Below, piece after piece: positions 19,067 to 27,939 of a stretch of 64,000 bases of DNA. The translations under genes were made by a program, and so were the position numbers. How positions within the stretch are numbered: position 1 is the stretch's first letter; each line of letters begins with the position of its first letter. This DNA is from Candidatus Latescibacterota bacterium (lineage in GTDB: Bacteria; Latescibacterota; UBA2968; GCA-2709665), in the NCBI GenBank assembly GCA_965248435.1, contig OZ252100.1, forward strand, positions 2,912,001 through 2,976,000, in the 5' to 3' direction. A model generated the notes under the pieces. It searched no databases, was not told where the DNA came from, and saw only the letters and a list, made by a program, of their open reading frames with translations.

Positions 19067-21103
19067 ATGGGAACGGAGATTCCCAACCTCGGCAACTTCC
19101 TGATCTGGTTCATCGCGATCACGGCACTCTATGCCGTAGTCGTCTCCGTCCTTGCTGCAAGGACGCAACGAGCAGACCTCTCCCACAGCGCAGAACGCGC
19201 AATCTACGCCTGCTTCGGCCTGACGCTCCTCGCGTGGGCGCTGCTCGAATATCTCTTCCTCACCGACCGCTTCGATGTCTACTTCGTCGCGACACACTCC
19301 AGCCGGGACCTCCCCACGGCCTACAAATTCACCGCCCTCTGGTCCGGTATGGAGGGCTCGCTCCTCCTCTGGGCCCTCGTCCTCGCTGGTTTTAATTTTT
19401 TCGCGGTCCTTGGAACGAGACAGTTTCGAGGTCCGCTTGCCTCATACGCGACCGCGATCCTGGCGGTCGTGCTGGTCTTCTTCTTGGGGATTATCGCGAT
19501 CTATGAAAATCCTTTCTGGTTGATCAGTGATGTACAGAGCGTCCCCCTGGGCTTTGTGCCGCCCGATGGGCAGGGCATGAATCCCCTCCTGGTCCACCCC
19601 TACATGCAGATTCATCCCCCGATGCTTTACCACGGCTACGTGGGCTTCACGGTACCCTACGCCTTCGCGATGGCGGCCCTCATCAGCCGACAGGTCAATG
19701 AAGAGTGGATCCGCTCCATGCGTCGCTGGACGCTCGTGCCCTGGTTCTTCCTCGGCACGGGGCAGCTCCTCGGCGGCAAGTGGGCCTATGTGGTCCTCGG
19801 CTGGGGCGGCTACTGGGGTTGGGACCCTGTGGAAAACGCCGCCTTGCTGCCCTGGTTGACCGGCACCGCCTTCCTCCATTCCGTCATGATCCAGGAAAAG
19901 AGAGGGATGCTCAAAGTGTGGAACATGCTCCTGATCATCCTCACGTTCACCCTGTGCATCTATGGGACCTTCTTGACCCGAAGCGGAGTCGTCTCCTCTG
20001 TCCACGCCTTTGCACAATCGCCCATCGGTCCGGTATTTTCTGGATTCGTCGTGGCCATCGTTCTCTTCTCTGGCTACTTCCTCTGGAGCCGTCTTGACCT
20101 GCTCAAGAGCCCGAACGAATACGAATCACCGATTTCCAGGGAGGGCGGCTTTCTACTCAACAACCTGCTCTTCCTCACGGCCGCCTTCGCCGTCTTCTGG
20201 GGTACCATGTTTCCGGTCATCTCAGAGGCGGTCACCGGTTCCAAGATCACGGTCGGCCCGCCCTTTTTCAACGCGGTAATGGTCCCCATCGGCCTCCTGC
20301 TCCTCTTTATGACGGGTGTGGGACCCCTACTCGCCTGGCGAAAGACCTCAGGTCGCAGCCTGAAAAGACACTTCACGACGCCGATCCTCTTCGGGCTTGT
20401 TTGCGGGGCCCTCGCCTGGATGCTAGGGGCTCGGGACGCTTACGCCCTCCTCTCTTTTGCCCTGTGCGGGTTTGTCACGGCGACCATCGCAGCCGAGTTT
20501 CACCGTGGCGCTCTTGCACGCGGAAGCAGTTCTGGCGAACCCTATTTCATGGCAATCTCAGGCCTGATTTCCAGAAACAAAAGGCGCTACGGCGGATACC
20601 TGATTCACTTCGGGGTGGTGCTTATTTTCATCGGGTTCACAGGTAACGCATTCAACAAAGAGGCGGAAGCGGGCCTGAAGTACGGGGAATCCCTCGACGT
20701 CGGCAGCTATCGACTCGAGTACGAGGGCTTTACCGAAACCACCAACCCGCTCACGGTCGTCATCTCGACACAGCTGGGCGTCTACCAAGACGACACCCGC
20801 CTGGGCACGATGTGGCCGGAGCAGCACATCTACTACAAGCGGGAAGACCAGCAGCGCACGACCGAAGTCGCGATTCGTTCCAACCTCAGGGAGGACCTCT
20901 ACGTCCTTTATGAGGGCATGAACGAAAGCGATGTCGCCTTCTTCCGTGCCTACGTGAACCCCCTCGTGATATGGGTCTGGATCGGGGCCTGGGTCATCAC
21001 GTTTGGGACCATCGTCGCCATGTGGCCGGACAAGCGCGAGAAGCGGCTCCGTCGACAAGTGACTCGAACGCCTGCGGAATTGCGGAGGGAATTGACGGCA
21101 TGA
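19067..21103 (+). CDS. ccmF: Cytochrome c heme lyase CcmF
   Basis: GQGMNPLL, IHPPMLY, WAYVVLGWGGYWGWDPVENA, SVHAFA. Confidence 0.96.
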   Translation: MGTEIPNLGNFLIWFIAITALYAVVVSVLAARTQRADLSHSAERAIYACFGLTLLAWALLEYLFLTDRFDVYFVATHSSRDLPTAYKFTALWSGMEGSLLLWALVLAGFNFFAVLGTRQFRGPLASYATAILAVVLVFFLGIIAIYENPFWLISDVQSVPLGFVPPDGQGMNPLLVHPYMQIHPPMLYHGYVGFTVPYAFAMAALISRQVNEEWIRSMRRWTLVPWFFLGTGQLLGGKWAYVVLGWGGYWGWDPVENAALLPWLTGTAFLHSVMIQEKRGMLKVWNMLLIILTFTLCIYGTFLTRSGVVSSVHAFAQSPIGPVFSGFVVAIVLFSGYFLWSRLDLLKSPNEYESPISREGGFLLNNLLFLTAAFAVFWGTMFPVISEAVTGSKITVGPPFFNAVMVPIGLLLLFMTGVGPLLAWRKTSGRSLKRHFTTPILFGLVCGALAWMLGARDAYALLSFALCGFVTATIAAEFHRGALARGSSSGEPYFMAISGLISRNKRRYGGYLIHFGVVLIFIGFTGNAFNKEAEAGLKYGESLDVGSYRLEYEGFTETTNPLTVVISTQLGVYQDDTRLGTMWPEQHIYYKREDQQRTTEVAIRSNLREDLYVLYEGMNESDVAFFRAYVNPLVIWVWIGAWVITFGTIVAMWPDKREKRLRRQVTRTPAELRRELTA

Positions 21104-21576
21104 GCCGAAGCGCCTGCCTCTTGTTACTTGGCTTCTTGCTCCCGCTTCTTCCTTGTGAGTCGAAAGCCGCTGTGACCGAGGCCCAGGTCAAGGACGTCGC
21201 CAAAGAGCTCGCCTGTCTATGCGACACCTGTCCACGTCGACCGCTGCACGAATGCGCCTGCGGCTGGGCAGATAAGAACCGCAAGCGCATTTCCGACGCG
21301 CTCGAATCCGGTCAGGACAAGGATGTGATTGTGGCCGGATTCATAAAAGACTTTGGACTGGAGGCCCTGTCTGCCCCACCGATGGAAGGCTTCCACCTCA
21401 CCGCGTGGGTGATGCCGTTTGCCGTGTTGATCGCCGGAGGGTTTGTTGTCCGGTTAGTCGTCCTGAACTGGTCCAGAGGTCGAAGCAAAACTGCGCCTCG
21501 GCAACAAAGCGGGGGGCAAGGTGAGGATAAATACCGCTCGAGGCTCGAGGATGAGCTGAGGAAATTCGACGCGTGA
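21100..21576 (+). CDS. ccmH: CcmH/CycL-like protein
   Basis: Signal peptide, LACLCDTC...ECAC, LSAPP...AWVMP TM helix; ATGA overlap with ccmF. Confidence 0.75.
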   Translation: MSRSACLLLLGFLLPLLPCESKAAVTEAQVKDVAKELACLCDTCPRRPLHECACGWADKNRKRISDALESGQDKDVIVAGFIKDFGLEALSAPPMEGFHLTAWVMPFAVLIAGGFVVRLVVLNWSRGRSKTAPRQQSGGQGEDKYRSRLEDELRKFDA

Positions 21577-21998
21577 TTGAGATGACCTACATACTGCTCG
21601 CGACGGCCGTCCTGCTTTTCGTCATTCGGCCGCTGTTCGCCTCCGGCGGCCGGATCAAGCAGGTCTCCCGAAGAGAAGGGCAACGCCGAAGCCTGTTGGA
21701 GGACCGGGAGCGTGTCTACAACGCAATCCAGGAACTCGAATTCGATTACCAGATGGGAAAGGTCGAAGAGGCGGACTACAAAGAGACACGCAGCCGCTAC
21801 GAACATAGGGCCATCACGCTGCTCAAGGCCCTCGATAAGACGAACGGACGACCCGAAGCGATCGAGAAACAGATCGAAGAGGAGGTCGCTGCCCTTCGCA
21901 AGAAGGGATCGGACAACACCTGCCCGGATTGCAGTGCCACTCTGCCCACCGATGCCCTGTTCTGTCCCAAATGCGGCGTCTCCGTCAGCCGGAGTTGA
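21573..21998 (+). CDS. Membrane-anchored CcmI-N-like protein with double zinc ribbon
   Basis: TM helix, IQELEFDYQMGKV..DY, CPDC...FCPKCG. Confidence 0.75.
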   Translation: MIEMTYILLATAVLLFVIRPLFASGGRIKQVSRREGQRRSLLEDRERVYNAIQELEFDYQMGKVEEADYKETRSRYEHRAITLLKALDKTNGRPEAIEKQIEEEVAALRKKGSDNTCPDCSATLPTDALFCPKCGVSVSRS

Positions 21999-23137
21999 CA
22001 TCCGTGCCGCCAGGACCGAACCTCCTCGCAAGAATTGGCTGGCCCATCCTGTTTTTGCTCCCTTCTTTCCTTCTTCCTCTCGATGCCCAGGCAGGCCTGA
22101 TCCAGGGCCGCGTCGTCAACCGCACGTTGTCTCAAGCCGCATCCAACTGCGTCGTCACCCTGATTAGACACGGTCACGACGATGCAAAGGTGGAAAGGGA
22201 CACGACAGACCTGGAAGGTCGTTTTACCTTTGACGTCGGTCCAGACGAGGAAGGAAAACAGTCTTTCCTGTCGGCTGCCTATTCCGGCGTAGACTATTTC
22301 CATTCAGAGGTGACGCACGATCAGGGTCCGTACGAGATCGCTGTCTATGAGACCACTCGCTCTGAAACCGTGCTCAGTCTGGTCTCCCATCACATCGTGA
22401 TTGACGCTCGGGCGGACAGCGTGATCCAGATTCTGATCGCCCAAAACAGCGGGGACCGCACCTACCTTACAGGCGAAGGGCACGGTCACGGGCTCGAGGT
22501 CTTACTTCCCGATGGGGTGACCGGCGTCCAGGGTGGGCCTCAAGGCCTCCACGCCCACGGTGGCCTCCTCATAGACGCCAGACCGGTGGAGCCCGGTCCT
22601 CTTCAGCTTGCGTTTGCCCTCAAACTGCCGCCTTCCAGAAGGCTCCTTCAGAAGGTCAGATACCCCACCGAGTCAGTAGACGTTCTCGTCACGCCGGCAG
22701 ACGCACAGGTTCTCGCTCCACTTCTAAAGGAGCTGGGCGAGGTCACCTTCGGGCAGCGTCGATTCTTGAGATTCTCCGGGGCGGATTTCAAACCGGGCGA
22801 CACCATCGACATCAGTCTGGGCACGCCTGCCTCCGCTGAACTGTTTTCCGAACAGCAAGTCTGGTGGGCATTGGGTGGGCTTGTCCTGATCCTGGCCCTC
22901 CTCGTCCTTTATTTTCGGCCTCGCAGAAGCTCCGAATCAAGAGCTGCGCCCCCTCCCCCACCTGTCGCTCAGGAAGACATCATGCGTCAGAGGGGGACCC
23001 TACTCAAACAGATCGCAGACCTGGACGACCGCCACGAGGCAGGGGAGCTCTCAGAGCCGGACTACAATGCAAGGCGAGAGGCCCTGATGGCGGAAGTCGT
23101 CCTACTCACGCGATCACTCGGCTCGGATGAGGCCTAG
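21995..23137 (+). CDS. ccm-associated periplasmic membrane protein of unknown function
   Basis: Signal peptide, IQGRVVNRT Ig-like start, C-terminal TM helix plus IADLDDRHEAGELSEPDY; start uncertain. Confidence 0.65.
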   Translation: MTSVPPGPNLLARIGWPILFLLPSFLLPLDAQAGLIQGRVVNRTLSQAASNCVVTLIRHGHDDAKVERDTTDLEGRFTFDVGPDEEGKQSFLSAAYSGVDYFHSEVTHDQGPYEIAVYETTRSETVLSLVSHHIVIDARADSVIQILIAQNSGDRTYLTGEGHGHGLEVLLPDGVTGVQGGPQGLHAHGGLLIDARPVEPGPLQLAFALKLPPSRRLLQKVRYPTESVDVLVTPADAQVLAPLLKELGEVTFGQRRFLRFSGADFKPGDTIDISLGTPASAELFSEQQVWWALGGLVLILALLVLYFRPRRSSESRAAPPPPPVAQEDIMRQRGTLLKQIADLDDRHEAGELSEPDYNARREALMAEVVLLTRSLGSDEA

Positions 23138-23145
23138 CCCCTGTC

Positions 23146-23865
23146 GTGGCCTCTCAACCCGCAATTCAACTCAGCAAAGTCACAAAGCGTTTCGGCCACC
23201 TCCCCGCGCTTGCCGGGATAGATCTGAGCGTCCAGGTCGGGACCTCACTCGCCCTCTTCGGTCCGAACGGAGCAGGGAAAACGACGCTCCTTCACATCAT
23301 CGCAACGCTCAGCAAACCCAGCAGCGGCCAGGTTCAGGTTGGCGGAACCAATGCCTTGCGCGAGCCCGATCGCGTGCGTCACCAGATCGGCGCGGTCTTA
23401 CATCAGACCTTACTTTACGACGACCTGACGGCGCACGAAAATTTACAGTTCTATGGTCGAATGTATGATCTTGAGGGGCTGCCCGACCGCGTGGCGTCGA
23501 CCCTGGAAAGGGTAGGCCTCAGCGGCCGCGAACACAACAAGGTCAGAGAGTTTTCCAGAGGCATGAAGCAACGCCTCGCCATCGCGCGTGCCACGCTCCA
23601 TCAACCCTCGATCCTGCTCCTTGACGAACCGTTCACAGGCCTGGATGACGCAGCCAGGAAGATCCTTGCCGACATGCTGCTCGAGTGGCGCGGAGAGGCT
23701 CGCACGATTTGCTTCACCACCCACGATCTCCAAAACGCCCTGGCGTTGTCCGACCGCTTCCTCATCCTGAACCGCGGTCGAATCGCCACTCAGGGCGAAA
23801 CAGAAGGTCTGGACGTGCAAACCCTCAAGACCTTATACGGAAAAGCGATTGAAGGAAGCAATTAG
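23146..23865 (+). CDS. ccmA: Heme exporter ATPase CcmA
   Basis: GPNGAGKTT, FSRGMKQRL, LLDEPFTGLD; ccm context. Confidence 0.9.
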   Translation: MASQPAIQLSKVTKRFGHLPALAGIDLSVQVGTSLALFGPNGAGKTTLLHIIATLSKPSSGQVQVGGTNALREPDRVRHQIGAVLHQTLLYDDLTAHENLQFYGRMYDLEGLPDRVASTLERVGLSGREHNKVREFSRGMKQRLAIARATLHQPSILLLDEPFTGLDDAARKILADMLLEWRGEARTICFTTHDLQNALALSDRFLILNRGRIATQGETEGLDVQTLKTLYGKAIEGSN

Positions 23866-23891
23866 AAACGCAACTTTCAAAGCGAGATCCG

Positions 23892-24572
23892 ATGTCCCTA
23901 TTTCTACGTCAAACGACAGCCATCCTCTGGAAGGACCTGAAGACCGAGGCAAGAACCAAGGAGCGCCTCAGCGCTATGTGTTTCTTCTCGATCCTCGTGC
24001 TCCTCGTGTTCAACTTCGCGTTCCGTCCGGGCTCTGCAGAAATTCGGTCTGCCGCGCCGGGAATCTTCTGGGTGACCGTCACGTTCGCCGGACTACTGGG
24101 CCTGAACCGATCCTTTACGATTGAGCAAGAGAATGACGCACTCTCTGGACTGCTCCTCACGCCGTCGGACCGGGCCACGATCTATCTGGGCAAAGCCGCG
24201 GGCAACTTCCTCACGATGGCGGCCATGGAAGCCCTGGTCTTACCCCTTCTTGCTGTGTTCCTCAACGTTCCGATCTGGGACAATCTGCTCCGTCTACTCC
24301 CCTCCCTCTTCATCGGAACCTTCGGGTTCGCGGCGGTCGGAACCCTTTTCTCGGCCATGTCCATCAACACCCGACTCCGGGAAGCCTTTCTTCCGATGCT
24401 CACGCTCCCGATCCTGGTCCCGGTCCTGCTGGCAGCCGTCGAGACGTTCCGTGCTGTACTCGAAGGCGAGCCCCTGTCCGCCGTCAGCAGTTGGCTCAAG
24501 GTCGGAGCGGTCTTCTCTGTCATCTTTTTGACCGCGTCCGTGCTCCTGTTCGATCACGTCGTGGAGGAATAA
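23892..24572 (+). CDS. ccmB: Heme exporter permease CcmB
   Basis: WKDLKTEARTKE, LNRSFTIEQE, LPMLTLPILVP. Confidence 0.9.
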   Translation: MSLFLRQTTAILWKDLKTEARTKERLSAMCFFSILVLLVFNFAFRPGSAEIRSAAPGIFWVTVTFAGLLGLNRSFTIEQENDALSGLLLTPSDRATIYLGKAAGNFLTMAAMEALVLPLLAVFLNVPIWDNLLRLLPSLFIGTFGFAAVGTLFSAMSINTRLREAFLPMLTLPILVPVLLAAVETFRAVLEGEPLSAVSSWLKVGAVFSVIFLTASVLLFDHVVEE

Positions 24573-24574
24573 CT

Positions 24575-25282
24575 GTGCACTACGATAACCGTCTCTACCA
24601 GGTCGCCTTCACCCTCGGCTTCCTGGCCCTGATCGGAATGCTCATTGCCCCGTACATGGCACTCGTCTATGCAGACGTCGAAAAGGAGATGGAGCTCGCC
24701 CAGAAGATATTCTATTTCCACGTGCCCTCGGCCTTCGCCATGTACGCAGGCTTTTTCCTCGTCTTCGTGTTCAGCATCCTTTACCTCTGGCGAAAAAACC
24801 CCCTGTGGGATATCTGGGCCTCCTGTTCCGCGGAAGTCGGCCTCCTGTTCTGTACCGTCGTCCTCCTGTCCGGCTCGCTGTGGGCAAAGCCGATCTGGGG
24901 TGCGTGGTGGGTCTGGGATCCCCAGCTCACCCTCGTGCTCGTTCTCTGGCTGATCTTCGTCGCCTACCTGATGCTCCTGAGTTACGCAGAAAATCCATTG
25001 CAGAGTGCGAAATTCAGGGCCGTCCTCGGTATTCTTGGATTTCTGGACGCCCCGCTCATCCACTACTCCGTCGAACTCTGGCGGGCACACCACCCGAAGA
25101 TCGTCCGCGCGGAGGAGATCGCCTTGCCACCCGACATGCTTTACGCCTGGCTGTTCTGTTCGGTCACATTCCTGGTGCTCTTCGGTGCGATTCTCACAAA
25201 ACGCGTCTCCGTCGAGCGGGCACGCCACGAACTCGCTGCTCTCAAAGCCGAAATCCAGGACCTGGAAGTTTCGTCCGCTTAG
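24575..25282 (+). CDS. ccmC: Heme exporter CcmC
   Basis: KIFYFHVPSA, WAKPIWGAWWVWDP (WWD domain), SVELWRAHHP. Confidence 0.93.
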   Translation: MHYDNRLYQVAFTLGFLALIGMLIAPYMALVYADVEKEMELAQKIFYFHVPSAFAMYAGFFLVFVFSILYLWRKNPLWDIWASCSAEVGLLFCTVVLLSGSLWAKPIWGAWWVWDPQLTLVLVLWLIFVAYLMLLSYAENPLQSAKFRAVLGILGFLDAPLIHYSVELWRAHHPKIVRAEEIALPPDMLYAWLFCSVTFLVLFGAILTKRVSVERARHELAALKAEIQDLEVSSA

Positions 25283-25310
25283 TCAAAGCCCCGTCACCCG
25301 GAGGTGGCAA

Positions 25311-25469
25311 ATGAAGTATCTCGAGTACATGGCAGCTGCCTATACACTCATCTGGGCGGCGATTCTGGTCTATTTCATTCTGATCTCCCGTAAGGAGAGA
25401 GAAATCTGGGCCGAGCTCAGCACCCTCCGCGAGGCTCTTGACCGTCGGCGGTCCAGCGAGTCGGAATAG
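25311..25469 (+). CDS. ccmD: CcmD-like small membrane protein
   Basis: GGAGG RBS; MKYLEYMAAAYTLIWAAILVYF then charged helix, directly after ccmC. Confidence 0.75.
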   Translation: MKYLEYMAAAYTLIWAAILVYFILISRKEREIWAELSTLREALDRRRSSESE

Positions 25470-25810
25470 ACACGTGCCATCTGAATCGATGCTCAGTTAC
25501 GCGAATCTGGAGTGTTGAAGTATTGGAGAAAACGAGTATCTTCGCCTTGGGTTTTCAATGCACGGTGCTACGTTCATTTCGGAAACCATCCATCCTGCTT
25601 AGACCATCTATATCGCGTGTGCCACGGACAGCTCGCTGCCCGTGAAGGATGCCTCGCTTTGTGAATCACAAAGGAAGCTCATCATAACCCACCGGCAGCA
25701 AGCTGGTGCCACACGATCTACTTTACTTGATCAGTTTTACGCTAATTCCCGGCGTTTCCGACCCCGATTAATTTTGGTGACGATCCACGAACAGCGATCT
25801 ACGGAGTTTT

Positions 25811-26587
25811 ATGGCGATTAAAGGCGCAAAAAAGATCCTCGCGTTAAAGCGCCGAAAGGTCCGAGACAAGGAACGCCAGTTCCTGATCGAAGGTATCCGG
25901 CTCGCTGAAGAAGCCTTGAGGTCAGAGGCCGAGATCGACCAGATGCTCTTTTGTCGCGAGATGCTCGGCGATGATCGTTTGATGTCTCTCTTTCGTGAGG
26001 CCGAGGAACGAAAGATTCCTGTCCAGCAGACAGATCACAGGGCCATGAAAGGGATGAGTGAGCATCAGAGCCTCGAGGGCGTCATCGGAGTGCTGCCGAT
26101 GCCCTCGTGGGACCGGGGCTCCGCACTGGAGTCGAACCAGCCCACTCTCCTCCTGGATCGGATTCGAGATCCGGGTAATCTCGGCCTGATCCTCCGTACT
26201 GCCGAGGCCGCCGGGGTTGGGGCCCTTTTTTTATCTCGAGAATGTGTCGAGATCTTCAATTCCAAGGTCGTGCGAGCCTCTAAAGGCTCTATCTTCAGGA
26301 TGCCCGCCTTTGTAGACGAGGACCTGGTCTCGGTCACGAACGACCTTCGTTCTCGAAATGTGCCAGTCCTCTGCACGATGACAAGCGGTAAACCTTATTT
26401 TGCGGTATCCGAATCCAATCGGTTCGCACTTGTACTCGGGAATGAAACCTCTGGCGTAGATCCGTCGGTTGCAGACGTCGCAGACTTCTCGGTGACGATC
26501 CCCATCTCAGGGCCAGTCAATTCCCTGAACGTCGCCGTTGCGGCCGGCATCCTTCTATTCCATTTGACGCAAAGAGAATTAACGTAG
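25811..26587 (+). CDS. TrmH/SpoU-family RNA 2'-O-methyltransferase
   Basis: RDPGNLGLILRTAEAAG, LGNETSG, SLNVAVAAGI. Confidence 0.92.
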   Translation: MAIKGAKKILALKRRKVRDKERQFLIEGIRLAEEALRSEAEIDQMLFCREMLGDDRLMSLFREAEERKIPVQQTDHRAMKGMSEHQSLEGVIGVLPMPSWDRGSALESNQPTLLLDRIRDPGNLGLILRTAEAAGVGALFLSRECVEIFNSKVVRASKGSIFRMPAFVDEDLVSVTNDLRSRNVPVLCTMTSGKPYFAVSESNRFALVLGNETSGVDPSVADVADFSVTIPISGPVNSLNVAVAAGILLFHLTQRELT

Positions 26588-26648
26588 TCGCAGGCTTTCC
26601 ATACAGGGTTCTGTCGTGACCAGCTCGGACCCTCGCCGAATTCGCCAT

Positions 26649-27887
26649 ATGACGACAACAGACACCGAAATCTACGACCTCATCATCGTAGGCGGAGGCC
26701 CCGCCGGATCTACGGCCGCCCTCTACGCAAAACGCCACGGTCTCAAAACCCTCCTCCTGGACAAAGCAAAATTCCCTCGCGACAAGATTTGCGGCGACGC
26801 GCTTTCCGGAAAGGCAGTCACCGTACTCAGAGAGCTTTGTCTCCTGGAAAAGGTGCGTCACCTGCCAGGCGCATTCATCCGAAGGGTAATCTTTGGAAGC
26901 CCCGACGGAACGGACGTCGACGTGGACTTTTCTCGATCCACTCGCCAGGATTTCCTCACCGGATTTGTGATTCGGCGCCACGTTTTCGACACCTTTTTAT
27001 TCGAGGAGGCCCGGAGCGTCGTCGATACGTGTCTCGAAGGGTTCACTGTGGGCGATCTACTATTTGAAGGCGGACAAGTGTGCGGCGTTCGAGGCAGACA
27101 GTCAGGCAGCCATCGAGACTCGAAGCTCAGGGGCCGCATTGTCCTGGGCGCGGACGGTTTCAACTCCATCGTGGCCAGGAAATCGGGACTCTACAAACAC
27201 GAGCCCCGCCACTGGATCGTGGCACTTCGCTGCTACTATCAAAACGTAAGCGGACTGACCGACCAGATCGAATTGCACTACGTTGACGAAGTCAATCCTG
27301 GGTACTTCTGGATCTTTCCGTTGGAGAACGGCTGTGCCAACGTCGGAATCGGAATGATCCACGAATTCATCAAGAAGCAGAAGGTCGATCTGAAATCAGT
27401 CCTCCACAACACAATCAGAAGCCCACGCTTCAGGGATCGGTTTGCGGACGCCACCCTCCTGGAGCAACCTGTCGGTTGGAACCTTCCCGTGGGAAGTAAG
27501 CGTCGGAAGTCCTACGGAAGCGGATTCATGCTGCTCGGCGACGCCGCAGGGCTCATCGACCCGTTCACCGGCGAAGGCATCGGCAATGCCATGTATGCGG
27601 CTCGTTATGCAGTCGAATGCGCACACGAAGCCTGCTGTGAACGTAATTTCGGCGAACAATTTCTCTCGCGCTACGAGAGACGGCTGTGGAATGAGATCGG
27701 CGATGAGTTGAAAGTCAGCACGCGGATGCAGCAGCTCGGCCGCGTTCGTTTTCTGTTGAACTTCGTCATCCACAAGGCGAGGAAAAGCGAAGAAATACGG
27801 GACCTCATCTGCGGCATGATGGCCAACGAAGTCCCCAAGAAGCTATTGACCAACCCTCTCTTTTACCTCAAATTGCTTTTCGTTTGA
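26649..27887 (+). CDS. Geranylgeranyl reductase family FAD oxidoreductase
   Basis: GGGPAGS, FPRDKICGD, GYFWIFP, GDAAGLIDPFTGEGI. Confidence 0.9.
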   Translation: MTTTDTEIYDLIIVGGGPAGSTAALYAKRHGLKTLLLDKAKFPRDKICGDALSGKAVTVLRELCLLEKVRHLPGAFIRRVIFGSPDGTDVDVDFSRSTRQDFLTGFVIRRHVFDTFLFEEARSVVDTCLEGFTVGDLLFEGGQVCGVRGRQSGSHRDSKLRGRIVLGADGFNSIVARKSGLYKHEPRHWIVALRCYYQNVSGLTDQIELHYVDEVNPGYFWIFPLENGCANVGIGMIHEFIKKQKVDLKSVLHNTIRSPRFRDRFADATLLEQPVGWNLPVGSKRRKSYGSGFMLLGDAAGLIDPFTGEGIGNAMYAARYAVECAHEACCERNFGEQFLSRYERRLWNEIGDELKVSTRMQQLGRVRFLLNFVIHKARKSEEIRDLICGMMANEVPKKLLTNPLFYLKLLFV

Positions 27888-27939
27888 CGCTCGTAGAGGC
27901 ATGACACGTTTCCGAGACCTTGTCGGGGGAGGACTGGAA

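Noticed and set aside
25687-25701. Sigma54-like TGGCACCAGCTTGC on the minus strand
   Set aside because: GG-to-GC spacing is 9 rather than 10, and there is no downstream minus-strand gene
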